Part shown: positions 8,833 through 19,677 of the stretch, one piece after another | Layout of the letters: every line of letters starts with the position of its first letter | How positions within the stretch are numbered: the first letter of the stretch is position 1 | Source of the DNA: Coleofasciculus chthonoplastes F2-STO-03 | GTDB lineage: Bacteria; Cyanobacteriota; Cyanobacteriia; Cyanobacteriales; Coleofasciculaceae | NCBI GenBank assembly: GCA_040222015.1 | Contig: JAVJWO010000071.1 | Coordinates: forward strand, 1-64,000 | DNA length: 64,000 nt | Direction: 5' to 3' | Position numbers and translations under genes: made by a program | The notes under the pieces: model-generated | The model's input: the letters and a program-made list of their open reading frames with translations, nothing else | What the model was told of the DNA's origin: nothing | Databases searched by the model: none

Positions 8833-11499
8833 TTGGTGATCTCAATGACTTCTGCTGCTGAACTTTCAGCTTCACAAGCTGCGGCAATCAATCCCATCGC
8901 TACCTTATCAGAGGAGGCTGGGCTAGAACATGATCCCCTGCAGACAGCCAGGGGCGTCTACGTAACGGTTCACGGGCATTTTTATCAACCCCCTCGTGAA
9001 AATCCCTATCTGGATACCATTGAACGTCAGCCCTCAGCGGCACCGTTTCACAACTGGAATGAGCGGATTCATCACGAATGCTATCGCCCCAATGCCTTTG
9101 CCCGGGTGTTAAATAGTTACGGCGAAGTGGTGGGGATCGTTAATACCTTTGAATATCTCAGCTTTAATATTGGTCCGACGCTGATGTCGTGGCTAGAACG
9201 CTACGACATGGAAGTGTATGAGCGGATACTGGAGGCGGATCGCAAGAGTTGTCAACGGCTCAACGGTCACGGTAATGCGATCGCGCAAGTCTATAACCAT
9301 ATCATTCTTCCCCTCGCCAATGAACGGGATAAATACACCCAAATCCGTTGGGGAATAGAAGATTTCCGCTCTCGCTTTGGTCGTGATCCCGAAGGGATGT
9401 GGCTGGCGGAAACGGCGGTAGATTGCCCCACCCTGGAAGCTTTAGTGGCAGAAGGGATTAAGTTTATCATTCTCGCACCGTCCCAAGCCGAACGCTGTCG
9501 CCCTCTGCCGACAGAAGACAATCCTGATCCTAAATGGCATGAAGTAGGTGGAGGTCAGATTGATCCCAGCCGCCCTTACCGTTGTTTCCTGGAAAGCGGT
9601 GAATTTATCGACATCTTTTTCTATGACGGTCCCATCTCACGGGATATGGGGTTTAGCGATGTTCTCAGTAGTTCCGAACATTTTGCCGGTCGTCTGGGAA
9701 TCGCGATTCATGGGGATCACCGTCCCTCCCAGATTATCAGTGTGGCAACCGATGGGGAAACCTTCGGACATCACAAACGCCACACGGAAATGTGTATCGC
9801 CCATGCTTTTACTCAAGTCTTTCCCCGCCGTAACTGGACGGTGACCAACTTTGCTCATTATCTCAGTATCAGTCCGCCGACGTGGGAAGTGATGCTCAAA
9901 CCCGTCACCGCTTGGAGTTGTTCCCACGGCGTCAACCGTTGGCAAGATGACTGCGGCTGTGGTGGCGGCGGCGGTTGGCATCAGAAATGGCGGCGTCCCC
10001 TGCGAGATAGCCTTAACTGGCTGCGGGATCAGTTGATTCCGGTGTATGACGAGAGGGGGCGTCAGTTTTTCCGCGATCCTTGGGCGGCGAGGGATGAGTA
10101 TATTCAGGTACTCAGAGATCGCTCTTTGGAAAATGTGGAGCAATTCCTCAACCGTCACAGCGTTGCACCTCTTTCTCCCACTGACCAAATCGACGCTCTA
10201 CGGCTGTTGGAAATGCAACGCCACGCCATGCTGATGTATACCAGTTGCGGTTGGTTCTTTGAGGAAATCTCCCGTCCCGAAGGGGTACAGATTTTACGCT
10301 ATGCAGCACGGGCGTTGGAGTTAGCTGGGGAAGTGGTGGGTATCCAGCTTGAGCTAGGGTTCTTGGAACGCCTACTTGTAGCACCCAGTAATGTAGACTG
10401 CTTTAAAACCGGGGATGTGGTCTATCGGCAACTGGTTGTGTCGTCGCAAATTACCTTCCAACAAGTTGCTGCCCATTACGCGATTAGTTCCTTATTTACC
10501 AACTATTCCCAACAAGAACGGATCTACTGCTACGAAGCCCACCAGCTTGACTATCAACTCCAACGCATGGGTTCACTGACATTAGCAGTGGGTCAATTGC
10601 GACTGGTGTCGGAGATTACGTGGGAAAATATGGAATTGGTTTTTGCCGTTCTCCATATCGGGGGCTGGGACTTCCACTGCTGTATTCAACCCTTTACCGG
10701 GCGTCGGGCATATACCCAGTTGAGGGATAAGATTTTTGATGCCCTCAAGCAAGCCAGTGCTGCCTATACGATTCTGGCAATGAATCAGATGTTTGGTGAG
10801 CAGTCGTTCAGTTTACAGAATCTGTTTGCTGAGGAACGGCAACGGATTATGCAGCTAATTAGTCAGGAAACCCTGACACGATTAGATCAGCTTTATAACC
10901 AGATGTACCGGGATAATTACGGCGTGTTGATGGCATTCCATCGGGATGAATTGCCCGTACCGAAGGAATTGCAAGTAGCAGCAGAAATTGCGTTATCCAA
11001 CCGTTGTTTAATTGCGATTAAAGCCCTAGACATGGAGGTGAGCGATCCCCAAGCTATCAATGCTCAGATAGCCGAACTGGAAGCGATCGCCACAGAAGCG
11101 GGACACCTACGCTGTCATCTGAATATCCCAGAAGCCAAGCCAACTCTGGAGATATTAATTTGGCGATCGCTGTGGCAACTGTTGCATGAGGGTGATCCCG
11201 ATACCTTAGGCGAGGATATCCGCCAGATTGATCGGCTGATTGAGATTGGCAATCGGTTAAGCCTCGGTTTAGCGTTAGACCGTTGTCAGGAACTCTATTT
11301 CAACTGTTTACACACCTCAATCGTGCCGCAGTGTGAACTGGCTATTCAAGCCCAACGCCTGAGTGACCAAAACAATGGACATGATCAGGCGCAGCTTACG
11401 GCGGCAAATCCTTGGACGATGATCCGACTACGCCAGTTGCTTCAGCTTGGTCAACTTTTGTCGGTGGAAGTGAGTCCCTGGTTGAGTCAGTTGATTTGA
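8833..11499 (+). CDS. GH57 / DUF3536 glycoside hydrolase
   Basis: HGHFYQPPRENP, GMWLAETAVD, ATDGETFGHH, WSCSHGV.RW. Confidence 0.88.
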   Translation: MVISMTSAAELSASQAAAINPIATLSEEAGLEHDPLQTARGVYVTVHGHFYQPPRENPYLDTIERQPSAAPFHNWNERIHHECYRPNAFARVLNSYGEVVGIVNTFEYLSFNIGPTLMSWLERYDMEVYERILEADRKSCQRLNGHGNAIAQVYNHIILPLANERDKYTQIRWGIEDFRSRFGRDPEGMWLAETAVDCPTLEALVAEGIKFIILAPSQAERCRPLPTEDNPDPKWHEVGGGQIDPSRPYRCFLESGEFIDIFFYDGPISRDMGFSDVLSSSEHFAGRLGIAIHGDHRPSQIISVATDGETFGHHKRHTEMCIAHAFTQVFPRRNWTVTNFAHYLSISPPTWEVMLKPVTAWSCSHGVNRWQDDCGCGGGGGWHQKWRRPLRDSLNWLRDQLIPVYDERGRQFFRDPWAARDEYIQVLRDRSLENVEQFLNRHSVAPLSPTDQIDALRLLEMQRHAMLMYTSCGWFFEEISRPEGVQILRYAARALELAGEVVGIQLELGFLERLLVAPSNVDCFKTGDVVYRQLVVSSQITFQQVAAHYAISSLFTNYSQQERIYCYEAHQLDYQLQRMGSLTLAVGQLRLVSEITWENMELVFAVLHIGGWDFHCCIQPFTGRRAYTQLRDKIFDALKQASAAYTILAMNQMFGEQSFSLQNLFAEERQRIMQLISQETLTRLDQLYNQMYRDNYGVLMAFHRDELPVPKELQVAAEIALSNRCLIAIKALDMEVSDPQAINAQIAELEAIATEAGHLRCHLNIPEAKPTLEILIWRSLWQLLHEGDPDTLGEDIRQIDRLIEIGNRLSLGLALDRCQELYFNCLHTSIVPQCELAIQAQRLSDQNNGHDQAQLTAANPWTMIRLRQLLQLGQLLSVEVSPWLSQLI

Positions 11500-11650
11500 C
11501 GTACTCCCCTAGAAGAAAGCGAAGGTATGTGCGTCACATTGAGGGCAAACTTGTGACGTGTAATTCTTGTCTACCTTATCGAAATCAGCTTCTCTGATGT
11601 TTTGGTAGAGAGTAGGGGCTTGGTAACCAAGCCCCTACCGTGGATCTCCA

Positions 11651-12229
11651 TTAGGGTAATAGAACCCCACTAATTCCGTGAATCATGCCGTTAGCGGCAG
11701 GAATATCTGCCATAACTACAGGTACACCATTGACATAAACTTCGCTAGCATTCCTAACTCGTATGGTTACGGGTTTACCCGCTAGCGTAGTTAACCGCAA
11801 GGTAGAACCAGGGGTTAAGCCAAAGGTGCTAATGTTACCGGGGACAACGTGATAGGTGAGAATTTCAGTTAATCGCGATCGGTTTTGGGGTTGAAGTAAC
11901 GTTGCCACAGTTCCCTCTGGTAACGCAGCAAAGGCTTCATCGGTAGGGGCAAAAATAGTAATGGGTCTCCTATCCGCCAGTACTGAAGTGAGTCCAGCCG
12001 TTTTGATCGCAGCCGTGAGGGTGGAGAAAGCGTCGTTGGCGGTTTCGAGTTCATCGGCTATATTGCTCACCCCCCGTTGAGCAATCAGGTGGAGTCCAGG
12101 TTCTGCCTTTAAGAGACGAGGGGAGTCGGTGACGCTGTTGGCGGGTAATGCGATCGCGGTACCGAGACTGGCAAGACCTAAACAGGCGGTTAGTTTCCTC
12201 AATGTGGAAGTAAAAGAGCGGGCTGGCAT
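11651..12229 (-). CDS. Fasciclin (FAS1) domain protein
   Basis: TIFAPTDEAFAAL, ILTYHVVPG, NGMIHGI; signal-like N-terminus. Confidence 0.9.
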   Translation of the reverse strand: MPARSFTSTLRKLTACLGLASLGTAIALPANSVTDSPRLLKAEPGLHLIAQRGVSNIADELETANDAFSTLTAAIKTAGLTSVLADRRPITIFAPTDEAFAALPEGTVATLLQPQNRSRLTEILTYHVVPGNISTFGLTPGSTLRLTTLAGKPVTIRVRNASEVYVNGVPVVMADIPAANGMIHGISGVLLP

Positions 12230-12476
12230 GAATTTTTCTCCTCAGAGCAGGTATTTATAACGATTTGTATACTACTTTAGTTTAGTCTGTATTCCCCGCC
12301 TATGCTTCTTTTTACGCTTGTTGATTATTGAATATCTGCGCTCCTACCAAAATTCACAACAAAAAATCCGGTTAAGTTAAGGGCGTTACGAACAGCCAAC
12401 TATCTTTCGCAAAGTGGTACTGGCTGATTCGGGTGTTTTGGGAGTATGCTCGATATCTGTATGATCAAGAAATTCA

Positions 12477-13166
12477 ATGTGCCAGCCCCGTGTCTTAGTC
12501 GTTACCTCTTGTACTGGACAAAAGCGATTTAAACCTGAAAATCAATTGACATTAAGAGATTTTGAGGATTTAGCCCGTCTCCAGCAGCGAGAGGCGGAGT
12601 TAGCCGAATCCGCTTGTCCTGCGAATCAGATGTACATGGGGCAACAGCACCTCAGAGCAATGGAGGGGGTAGGGTTGATGCGCCAGTCTCTGGGGCGGGA
12701 AACAGTAGATGTGGTGATTCTCTCTGCGGCTTACGGGCTAATCTCTGAAGACAAAAGCATCGTGCCATACCAAGTAACCTTCAACACCTCGACTCCGCTC
12801 GGTGTTGACGCTGAGCGGAGTCGAAGCGTCAATAAGATGAAAGGTTATGAGATGGATGAGTGGGCTTCTGTTTTGGGGATACGCCAAGCCTTTGAACGTG
12901 CGATCGCGGATTACGACTTGGTCTTTTTGTTACTAGGGGAAAACTATTTGCGATCGCTCTCTCTTCCGGTTGAAACCTCGCCCACCCAGACTCTTTTATT
13001 TTTAGCATCAAAAACCAGTGCCAAATACATCGGCGAGTTGGCAGCCAAGACGTTTGTGTTTACTCTGTCTAACGTAGAAGCCAAACGGTATCGCTATGGA
13101 TTGGTCGGTTTAAAAGGATTTCTCTTAATTAAATTTAAATTTATGTTTTTTGAATGGATTTGCTAG
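12477..13166 (+). pseudogene. Truncated N-terminal region of a DpdA/TgtA5-like protein with a 48-nt in-frame repeat insertion
   Basis: VLVVTSCTG.K, MY.G.QH, ILSA.YGLI, PY.VTF, LLGENYLRSL recalled as the N-terminus of cyanobacterial DpdA-type proteins; the ORF runs into AT-rich sequence after ~13125 and no TGT domain follows. Confidence 0.55.
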
Positions 13167-13361
13167 AATGTTATCAACCTATCCATTAATCATTAATTTA
13201 CTAAAGATTAAACGTGACCAGGAAATTTTTACCCGTTTTCTCTCTAGACTGGGCGGGTCTATTGAAAAAGCTAAAAAATGTAGAAGGAGACTTTGGCATA
13301 CTCGCTCCTGTCTCCTGCTACAATAAACTCCTGATGAGTATTCGCGAGAGGAACTTAAGCC

Positions 13362-13973
13362 ATGATTCAGTCGGCACCCAACCTACTAACATTTGAAGAG
13401 TTTCTGGAATGGTATCCCGATGGACGAGGGCGTTATGAACTGTATGAGGGAGTTATAGTTAAAATGAATCCAACTGGAGACCACGAAGAGGTTGCCGCTT
13501 TTCTCAACCGTAAGCTGAATGTAGAACTTGATCGCCAAAGTCTCCCCTACTTTATTCCCAGAACCTACCTCGTCAAACCTCCTAGTATTCCATCAGGTTA
13601 TCAGCCCGATGTCATCGTCTTAGACAAAAACGCCTTGCACGATGAACCACTTTGGAAAAAATCATCAACTATCTCACAGGGAAAGTCAGTCAAATTGGCA
13701 GTAGAAGTTGTCAGCACTAACTGGCGAGATGATTACCTGACTAAAGCCAGAGATTATGAAGAAATGGGGATTCCAGAATATTGGATTGTTGATTACTTGG
13801 GGTTAGGTGGTAGACGATTTATTGGGAATCCAAAACAACCCACTTTTTCGATCTATCAACTTGTTGAGGAGGAGTACCAGGTTAGTCAGTTCAGGGGAGA
13901 TGACCGCATCAATTCTCCAACGTTCCCAGAATTGAACTTTACAGCCAAACAAGTCTTTAGCGCTGGAGCATGA
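13362..13973 (+). CDS. Uma2 (DUF820) family endonuclease
   Basis: RYEL..G, PDVIV, EVVSTNWRDDY..K..DYEEMGIPEYWIVD. Confidence 0.92.
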   Translation: MIQSAPNLLTFEEFLEWYPDGRGRYELYEGVIVKMNPTGDHEEVAAFLNRKLNVELDRQSLPYFIPRTYLVKPPSIPSGYQPDVIVLDKNALHDEPLWKKSSTISQGKSVKLAVEVVSTNWRDDYLTKARDYEEMGIPEYWIVDYLGLGGRRFIGNPKQPTFSIYQLVEEEYQVSQFRGDDRINSPTFPELNFTAKQVFSAGA

Positions 13974-14409
13974 CAAAACCCAACTATACTGAAACAGTAC
14001 TTGTTCAAAACCACTATCGCCTGTCAAAAGGTGACGTTTACCAAGCCTTTGGTTGGATAACTTTAACTCATATCTCTTTTGGTTCCAAGGAAATCACCTG
14101 ATCGGGTGACAAAAGTCCTCCAACTTTTATAGCATATCTAATTTGGATATAAACTCGGCAAACTTTAATAAAGCAAAGGCTAAAGCCATTACTACGAACC
14201 CGTCAATAGACAAAAATCAATAAGTAATTATAAATAATAATCACCCTAATTTATAAATAGTATATAAATACCAAAAATATTCACAATTATCAGCTACTCT
14301 GAATTTGCCAGATTAGCAAAAAATAGCGATAGTTAAGGTATAGTGAGCCAAAGTAAATATCATGTCATCAACTATCCACGAATCCATGGGCAAAATTACC
14401 ACAACACTG

Positions 14410-14640
14410 GTTGTCAAGTTAGAGTTAGAAGAACCACGAATCTGGATGGATGATATTCAGTTAAGGTTGGGACTTTGGCAAGGAGTTTATCGGGAGAGCG
14501 ATCGCGCCTGGTTGTGCTGGTATGATACAGATTGTGACTGGGTTTTGACTCCTGAGGAACGGGAACGGCAATGAGTTGAGCGATTGGCACAACAGTTGCG
14601 AGCGCTGGGCATCGAACCGGATTTGGATGAGCAGGTTTAG
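14410..14640 (+). pseudogene. C-terminal fragment of a Uma2-family gene with an internal stop
   Basis: LGLWQGVY....WL.WYD...W.LTPEERERQ*VERLAQQLRALGIEPD. Confidence 0.7.
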
Positions 14641-14804
14641 CCGATAAATTATTCATCATTTATGGCAAGTTTACCCAGTAATTAACCCTGTATTTTGCTG
14701 GAAAATAAGCGAGTACCATGAACAAAACATCCAGCTTATTGAATGCCTTTAATCTCCTGAAAAAAATCCTCAATTCCCTCATCACCCATCTCCGTACACA
14801 GACA

Positions 14805-15296
14805 TTAAGAACAACCAAGAGAATCGCTTGTGGTTACGCCAGTTTTAAAATTAATCCCTGAAGCCTGCTGACATAATTGTTGCAGTTGTGCGCCATCTAG
14901 GAGAGCATCAGTGAAGTCAGCCCCCATGATTAATGTATTATCAAATACTGATCCAAGTAAGAGAGTTTCGACTAAAATCACATCACTTAAATCTGCACCC
15001 GTCAAATCTGCCTGATCTAACATGCCATAGCTTAAATCCGCACCGTGCAAATTGGCATGAGTCATCACCGAACCACTAAAAATAGCACCTCGCAAGTCAG
15101 CATAGGCAAAATTACTTAACTGTAAATTGGCATTAGCAAATTCAGCCGTCTGTAAATTTTGACCGGAAAAGTCTTTGCCTGTGAGTTGGGCGTGACTGTA
15201 GGATAAGGGAGGCGGATAGTCAGCCGCTTGAGCAGATAGAGGATGAACGAATAGAGCGATCGCGACTAGGAATGCTATCAGTTGCCGAAAAATCAT
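14805..15296 (-). CDS. Exported pentapeptide repeat protein
   Basis: A(D/N)L.. repeats, signal peptide, C-terminal LC..A.G.N..TGV.T..SLGC. Confidence 0.9.
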   Translation of the reverse strand: MIFRQLIAFLVAIALFVHPLSAQAADYPPPLSYSHAQLTGKDFSGQNLQTAEFANANLQLSNFAYADLRGAIFSGSVMTHANLHGADLSYGMLDQADLTGADLSDVILVETLLLGSVFDNTLIMGADFTDALLDGAQLQQLCQQASGINFKTGVTTSDSLGCS

Positions 15297-15399
15297 CTCA
15301 AATGCCTGATTGACCTTAATGCTTGTCCCCTATTAAATCTGATTGGTGTTAAGTCGGTCAAATTCAGACGGTGGAGGTAGCAGACGTGCAAGACTTATG

Positions 15400-15533
15400 T
15401 AGTGGCGTGACACAGCTAAAATGGTGGCATAGATTGTAGGTTGGGTTGACGACAGGAAACGCAACAGGATATAGGGCTAAAGCCCTTACTACAAGCCGAA
15501 TCTAATCTATCAAATAAGGTGTGCCACGCCAGT
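15400..15533. mobile_element. MITE with ~15-bp imperfect terminal inverted repeats
   Basis: tagtggcgtgacaca ... tgtgccacgccagta. Confidence 0.6.
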
Positions 15534-15768
15534 AGGTTAACGTAGAAGACCTAGGTAGATCAGCGCAGAATACCTAGATAGATTAGCGCAGAAGACTTAG
15601 TCATCCCTTGCTCGGATACGCTGATCCCCCCCTAAAAAGTCGGGGGATTTTAGGTTGTTTTTCCGCCTCTTTTCCCAGAACAAGGTTGTGCTCGTTTCCA
15701 AAAGCCGCTTGCGTGTTTACATCTTATGTCGGTATAGTTGCTGACATCAGACATAAGACATCAGACCA

Positions 15769-16530
15769 ATGACCAAACTTGGAGCATTAATCTTTGACGT
15801 TGATGGGACATTAGCCAATACCGAACAAGAGGGACACCGCGTAGCATTTAACCGCGCCTTTGCCGAAGCTGGATATGATTGGAATTGGTCTGTTTCCCTC
15901 TATGGTGAATTACTCGCGGTTGCTGGTGGGAAAGAACGTATCCGCTATTATTTGAACCAATATCGCCCCGATTTCCAACCTCCTGGCAATTTCGACGAGT
16001 TCATTGCTAATCTGCACCGGGCAAAAACTCAACATTATCGCCAACTGATCGCCACGGGATCTATCCCCCTACGCCTTGGTGTGCAACGATTGATTAAAGG
16101 GGCGCGATCGCAAGGAATACGGTTAGCGATAGCCACCACTACCGCCCCTACTAATGTAACTGCCCTTTTGCAGCATACCCTAGGGCATGAGAGTCCGGCG
16201 TGGTTTGACGCGATCGCGGCGGGTGATATCGTCCCCGCCAAAAAACCCGCCCCCGATATTTACAACTATGTACTGCGGCAAATGGATTTTCCACCCCAAG
16301 ACTGTTTAGCGATCGAAGATTCTGATCAGGGTTTAATTGCGGCTACACAAGCAGGTATCACGACACTAATTACAGTCAACAATTATACAAAAGACCAAGA
16401 TTTTACCCAGGCAGTACTCGTGTTAAATCATCTCGGAGAACCAGATCAACCCTTTAGCGTTCTCGCTGGAGATGCTGGAGATAACCAATATGTTGATATA
16501 GAACTCCTGAATCATCTCCATCACCGTTAG
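15769..16530 (+). CDS. cbbY: HAD hydrolase, CbbY-like
   Basis: FDVDGTLA.TE..GHRVAFN.AF, GGKER, KKPAPDIY, IEDS. Confidence 0.85.
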   Translation: MTKLGALIFDVDGTLANTEQEGHRVAFNRAFAEAGYDWNWSVSLYGELLAVAGGKERIRYYLNQYRPDFQPPGNFDEFIANLHRAKTQHYRQLIATGSIPLRLGVQRLIKGARSQGIRLAIATTTAPTNVTALLQHTLGHESPAWFDAIAAGDIVPAKKPAPDIYNYVLRQMDFPPQDCLAIEDSDQGLIAATQAGITTLITVNNYTKDQDFTQAVLVLNHLGEPDQPFSVLAGDAGDNQYVDIELLNHLHHR

Positions 16531-16832
16531 GGTGTCCCTTGCTGTCACCACAGTTAACGGTGACAAGACTACAATTAATAGTGGGTCAGACGCTACATTT
16601 CCTCTTCCCCAATCGCCAATCACCTAACTTTACAAATCTGAGTCCAAAATTCTATTATTATAGCAATAATATCTCAGCCATGATATCATGTCTCTCTAGA
16701 CAGTGATTCTTGACTTTTACCGTACCAGCTTAGTTCTTACCTTGGAGTCATTTGCCCTCGGTAGTACCAACGTGTAACTATTCAACCGAACCTGATAATG
16801 ACCGGCTTGTCCCGCAGTGATAGGGTAGCGTT

Positions 16833-17564
16833 ATGACCTATAGCCTTAGAATTGCCGATATTCCTGCTAGCGAACGTCCACGCGAACGATTAATGGCGAT
16901 CGGTGCCAAAAATTTGGCGACAGCGGAACTGATTGCTATTTTACTTGCCACAGGTCAGGGGAAAGGTAAACTTTCGGCAGTCGGTTTGGGACAATATATT
17001 TTGCAGCAATTAAGTCAAGATGAGCGTGATCCTATGGCGGTATTGCGAGATATCTCCCCTCAAGAGTTAATGCGTATCCATGGCGTCGGACCAGCCAAAG
17101 CCGCCACGATGCTAGCCGCCATTGAACTGGGAAAACGCACCTTTCAGTCTCGCCCCACAGAAGGCACTATAATTGATAGTCCCATGGCGGCGGCGGCGGC
17201 TTTCAGTCATGAGTTAATGTGGCAAACTCAGGAACGTTTTGCTGTGTTGCTGTTGGATGTGAAAAATCACTTATTGGGGATTAAACTCATCTCAGTTGGT
17301 ACAGCAACGGAAACATTAGCCTGTCCTCGCGAGATTTTACAAGCCGTCTTGCGCCATGGGGCGACACGGTTTATTATCGGGCATAGTCATCCAACGGGTA
17401 GTGTTGAACCTTCTGAGAAAGACATTTTCTTGACCAAACAGCTTTTGCAGGGGGCGCTGCTAATCGAAACACCTTTAGTGGACCACCTGATTTTGGGAAA
17501 TGGCAATCACCAGAGTCTACATCACACCACTTCATTATGGAAGGAATATCCCCAAGATATTTAG
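16833..17564 (+). CDS. radC: RadC family JAB-domain protein
   Basis: ERPRERL, G.GPAKA, H.HP.G..EPS..D, DHLILG. Confidence 0.92.
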   Translation: MTYSLRIADIPASERPRERLMAIGAKNLATAELIAILLATGQGKGKLSAVGLGQYILQQLSQDERDPMAVLRDISPQELMRIHGVGPAKAATMLAAIELGKRTFQSRPTEGTIIDSPMAAAAAFSHELMWQTQERFAVLLLDVKNHLLGIKLISVGTATETLACPREILQAVLRHGATRFIIGHSHPTGSVEPSEKDIFLTKQLLQGALLIETPLVDHLILGNGNHQSLHHTTSLWKEYPQDI

Positions 17565-17629
17565 GGTCTGCTGAATATTTCTAGCTAAAAGCTTAAATCG
17601 ACGCCACCCATCACTTAATTATCTCAAAA

Positions 17630-17703
17630 TCGGGATGACAGGATTTGAACCTGCGACCCCCTCGTCCCGAACGAGGTGCGCTACCAAGCTGCGCTACATC
17701 CCG
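17630..17703 (-). tRNA. tRNA-Pro (anticodon CGG)
   Basis: Reverse complement CGGGATGTAGCGCAGCTTGGTAGCGCACCTCGTTCGGGACGAGGGGGTCGCAGGTTCAAATCCTGTCATCCCGA folds as a cloverleaf. Confidence 0.97.
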
Positions 17704-17774
17704 TAATATCTCATCCATACTACCACAGACTTGTTAGGATTAACACTGGTACTTTCGTGGGAGCATGTTCAGGA

Positions 17775-18662
17775 GTGGTCGTTAAACCTGAATGGTTAAG
17801 AGTCAAAGCACCGCAATGGCAGCGTGTAGGCAACGTTAAGGATATTTTACGGGATTTGGCACTGAATACTGTCTGTGAGGAAGCCTCTTGTCCCAATATC
17901 GGTGAGTGCTTCAATGCTGGCACTGCTACCTTTTTAATTATGGGACCTGCCTGTACCCGTGCTTGTCCTTATTGTGATATTGATTTCGAGAAGAAACCCA
18001 AACCCCTTGATCCTACAGAACCTACCCGATTAGCGGAAGCAGTAGGGCGACTGAAACTTCAGCATGTGGTGATTACTTCGGTTAATCGGGATGATTTACC
18101 TGATGGGGGTGCTTCTCAATTTGTCCACTGCATTGAAGCGATTCGCGCTATCTCGCCTCAAACCACCATCGAAGTATTAATTCCTGATTTGTGTGGCAAT
18201 TGGGATGCCCTAGAAACCATTCTCCAAGCTAAACCCGAAGTCCTCAACCATAATACCGAAACCATCCCCCGACTCTATCGACGAGTACGCCCTCAAGGAG
18301 ATTATCCGCGATCGCTGGAACTTCTCCAACGCACTCACGAACTCGCCCCCTGGATTTACACTAAATCTGGCATCATGGTGGGATTAGGTGAAACAGATGC
18401 CGAAGTGCGCCAAGTTATGCAGGATATGCGAGCCGTCAATTGTGATATTCTCACCATTGGGCAATATCTTCAACCGAGTCAAAAGCATTTAGGTGTGACT
18501 GAGTTTATCACCCCAGAACAGTTTGATACTTGGCGAGAGTTTGGCGAATCTATCGGCTTTTTACAAGTTGTCTCCTCCCCCCTCACCCGCAGTTCCTATC
18601 ATGCTGGAGAGGTGAGATCATTAATGCAGCGCTATCCCCGACAAGCGCCGATGTTGGGTTGA
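17775..18662 (+). CDS. lipA: Lipoyl synthase
   Basis: [32 protein letters not shown]. Start moved to GTG 17775 because the longer ORF overlaps the tRNA. Confidence 0.95.
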   Translation: MVVKPEWLRVKAPQWQRVGNVKDILRDLALNTVCEEASCPNIGECFNAGTATFLIMGPACTRACPYCDIDFEKKPKPLDPTEPTRLAEAVGRLKLQHVVITSVNRDDLPDGGASQFVHCIEAIRAISPQTTIEVLIPDLCGNWDALETILQAKPEVLNHNTETIPRLYRRVRPQGDYPRSLELLQRTHELAPWIYTKSGIMVGLGETDAEVRQVMQDMRAVNCDILTIGQYLQPSQKHLGVTEFITPEQFDTWREFGESIGFLQVVSSPLTRSSYHAGEVRSLMQRYPRQAPMLG

Positions 18663-18734
18663 ATGTAGAGACGTGCCATGGCACGTCTCATGGCACGTCT
18701 GTCGTGAAAAATTAACCCGATAACATCCTACAAC

Positions 18735-19031
18735 TTAAGATGACGAACGCTTGTGTTGAATAATCGCTTGGCGAAAACCTAACACAACTAAAATATTAGA
18801 TAGGGTTAAAAAAAACTCAGCACTCCCATGCAACCAATCAACATTGGCTAATTGTTCCCCAAAGGCAACCTTGGCATAAATTCCCGCCGGAATCGTCACT
18901 CCCACAAACACCAACAGCGCATAAAATCCAATCAGTGCTAACCTTGGGGTTTGTCCGGAACGAGTTAGAAACCACAAAAAACCCAGGTAAGGGAATAAGG
19001 AAACCGCAAATAAAGTATCTTTGGAAATCAT
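18735..19031 (-). CDS. DUF3593 membrane protein
   Basis: LFAVSLFPYLGFL, LANVDWLHGSAE; adjacent to DUF2499. Confidence 0.85.
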   Translation of the reverse strand: MISKDTLFAVSLFPYLGFLWFLTRSGQTPRLALIGFYALLVFVGVTIPAGIYAKVAFGEQLANVDWLHGSAEFFLTLSNILVVLGFRQAIIQHKRSSS

Positions 19032-19103
19032 CACATTATCGATTAACGTAGGGGCGCATAGACGTGCGCCCTTGTTCATTACTCCTCTGAATGAGTATTT
19101 TGG

Positions 19104-19457
19104 CTAAACAACATCAGCGGGCGTTTTAGATTTTTCCGATTCGCTGCTATCACTCTGATCAGCTTTTCGCGAACAGCGCCAAATCCACCAAGCGGCGGCA
19201 CAAAGGGTAATATTTCCTAATACCGTCATTGAGGCTTGCAGGGTAACTAACCAATCCAAGGATTCAGGATTGTCAAAAAAGTGCCAGGTACAAGCACACA
19301 TCGCACCGACTAAGGCAGGAAACATGGCACAAGATAATGCCCACCAGTAACGATTGCCTGTAATGTCACCATAAATCCAGATTAACCAGATAGCGGCAAT
19401 CCATTCGATAACGCTAGAGACGTGAATGAGCCACGTTGGAACTGAAAGGGCATGCAT
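19104..19457 (-). CDS. DUF2499 (Ycf49-like) membrane protein
   Basis: MHALS.PTW.IHVSSVIEW, CACTWHFFDN. Confidence 0.88.
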   Translation of the reverse strand: MHALSVPTWLIHVSSVIEWIAAIWLIWIYGDITGNRYWWALSCAMFPALVGAMCACTWHFFDNPESLDWLVTLQASMTVLGNITLCAAAWWIWRCSRKADQSDSSESEKSKTPADVV

Positions 19458-19677
19458 AGAGAAAGTTTACTTGACGCGATCGCACAACCTCAATCATTTT
19501 AACCCCCAGTGTCGCTCTTTTGCCCATTCCATTATGGATAGAGAGAATCACGATGCTTAAAGATGTAGCTGGCTATGCCTGGAACAGTATGCAGATAGCC
19601 GTGCGATCGCGTCCTCGACTCTGGCACTATACAATACAATGACACAATGACGAAGGGGATTACTACATAATAAACGA

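Noticed and set aside
16833..17703. radC plus tRNA-Pro as an integrative element boundary
   Set aside because: This is full-length chromosomal-type RadC, with no integrase or tRNA 3' duplication seen.
17676..17774. N-terminal extension of LipA in the ORF track
   Set aside because: It overlaps tRNA-Pro; homology begins at [10 protein letters not shown].
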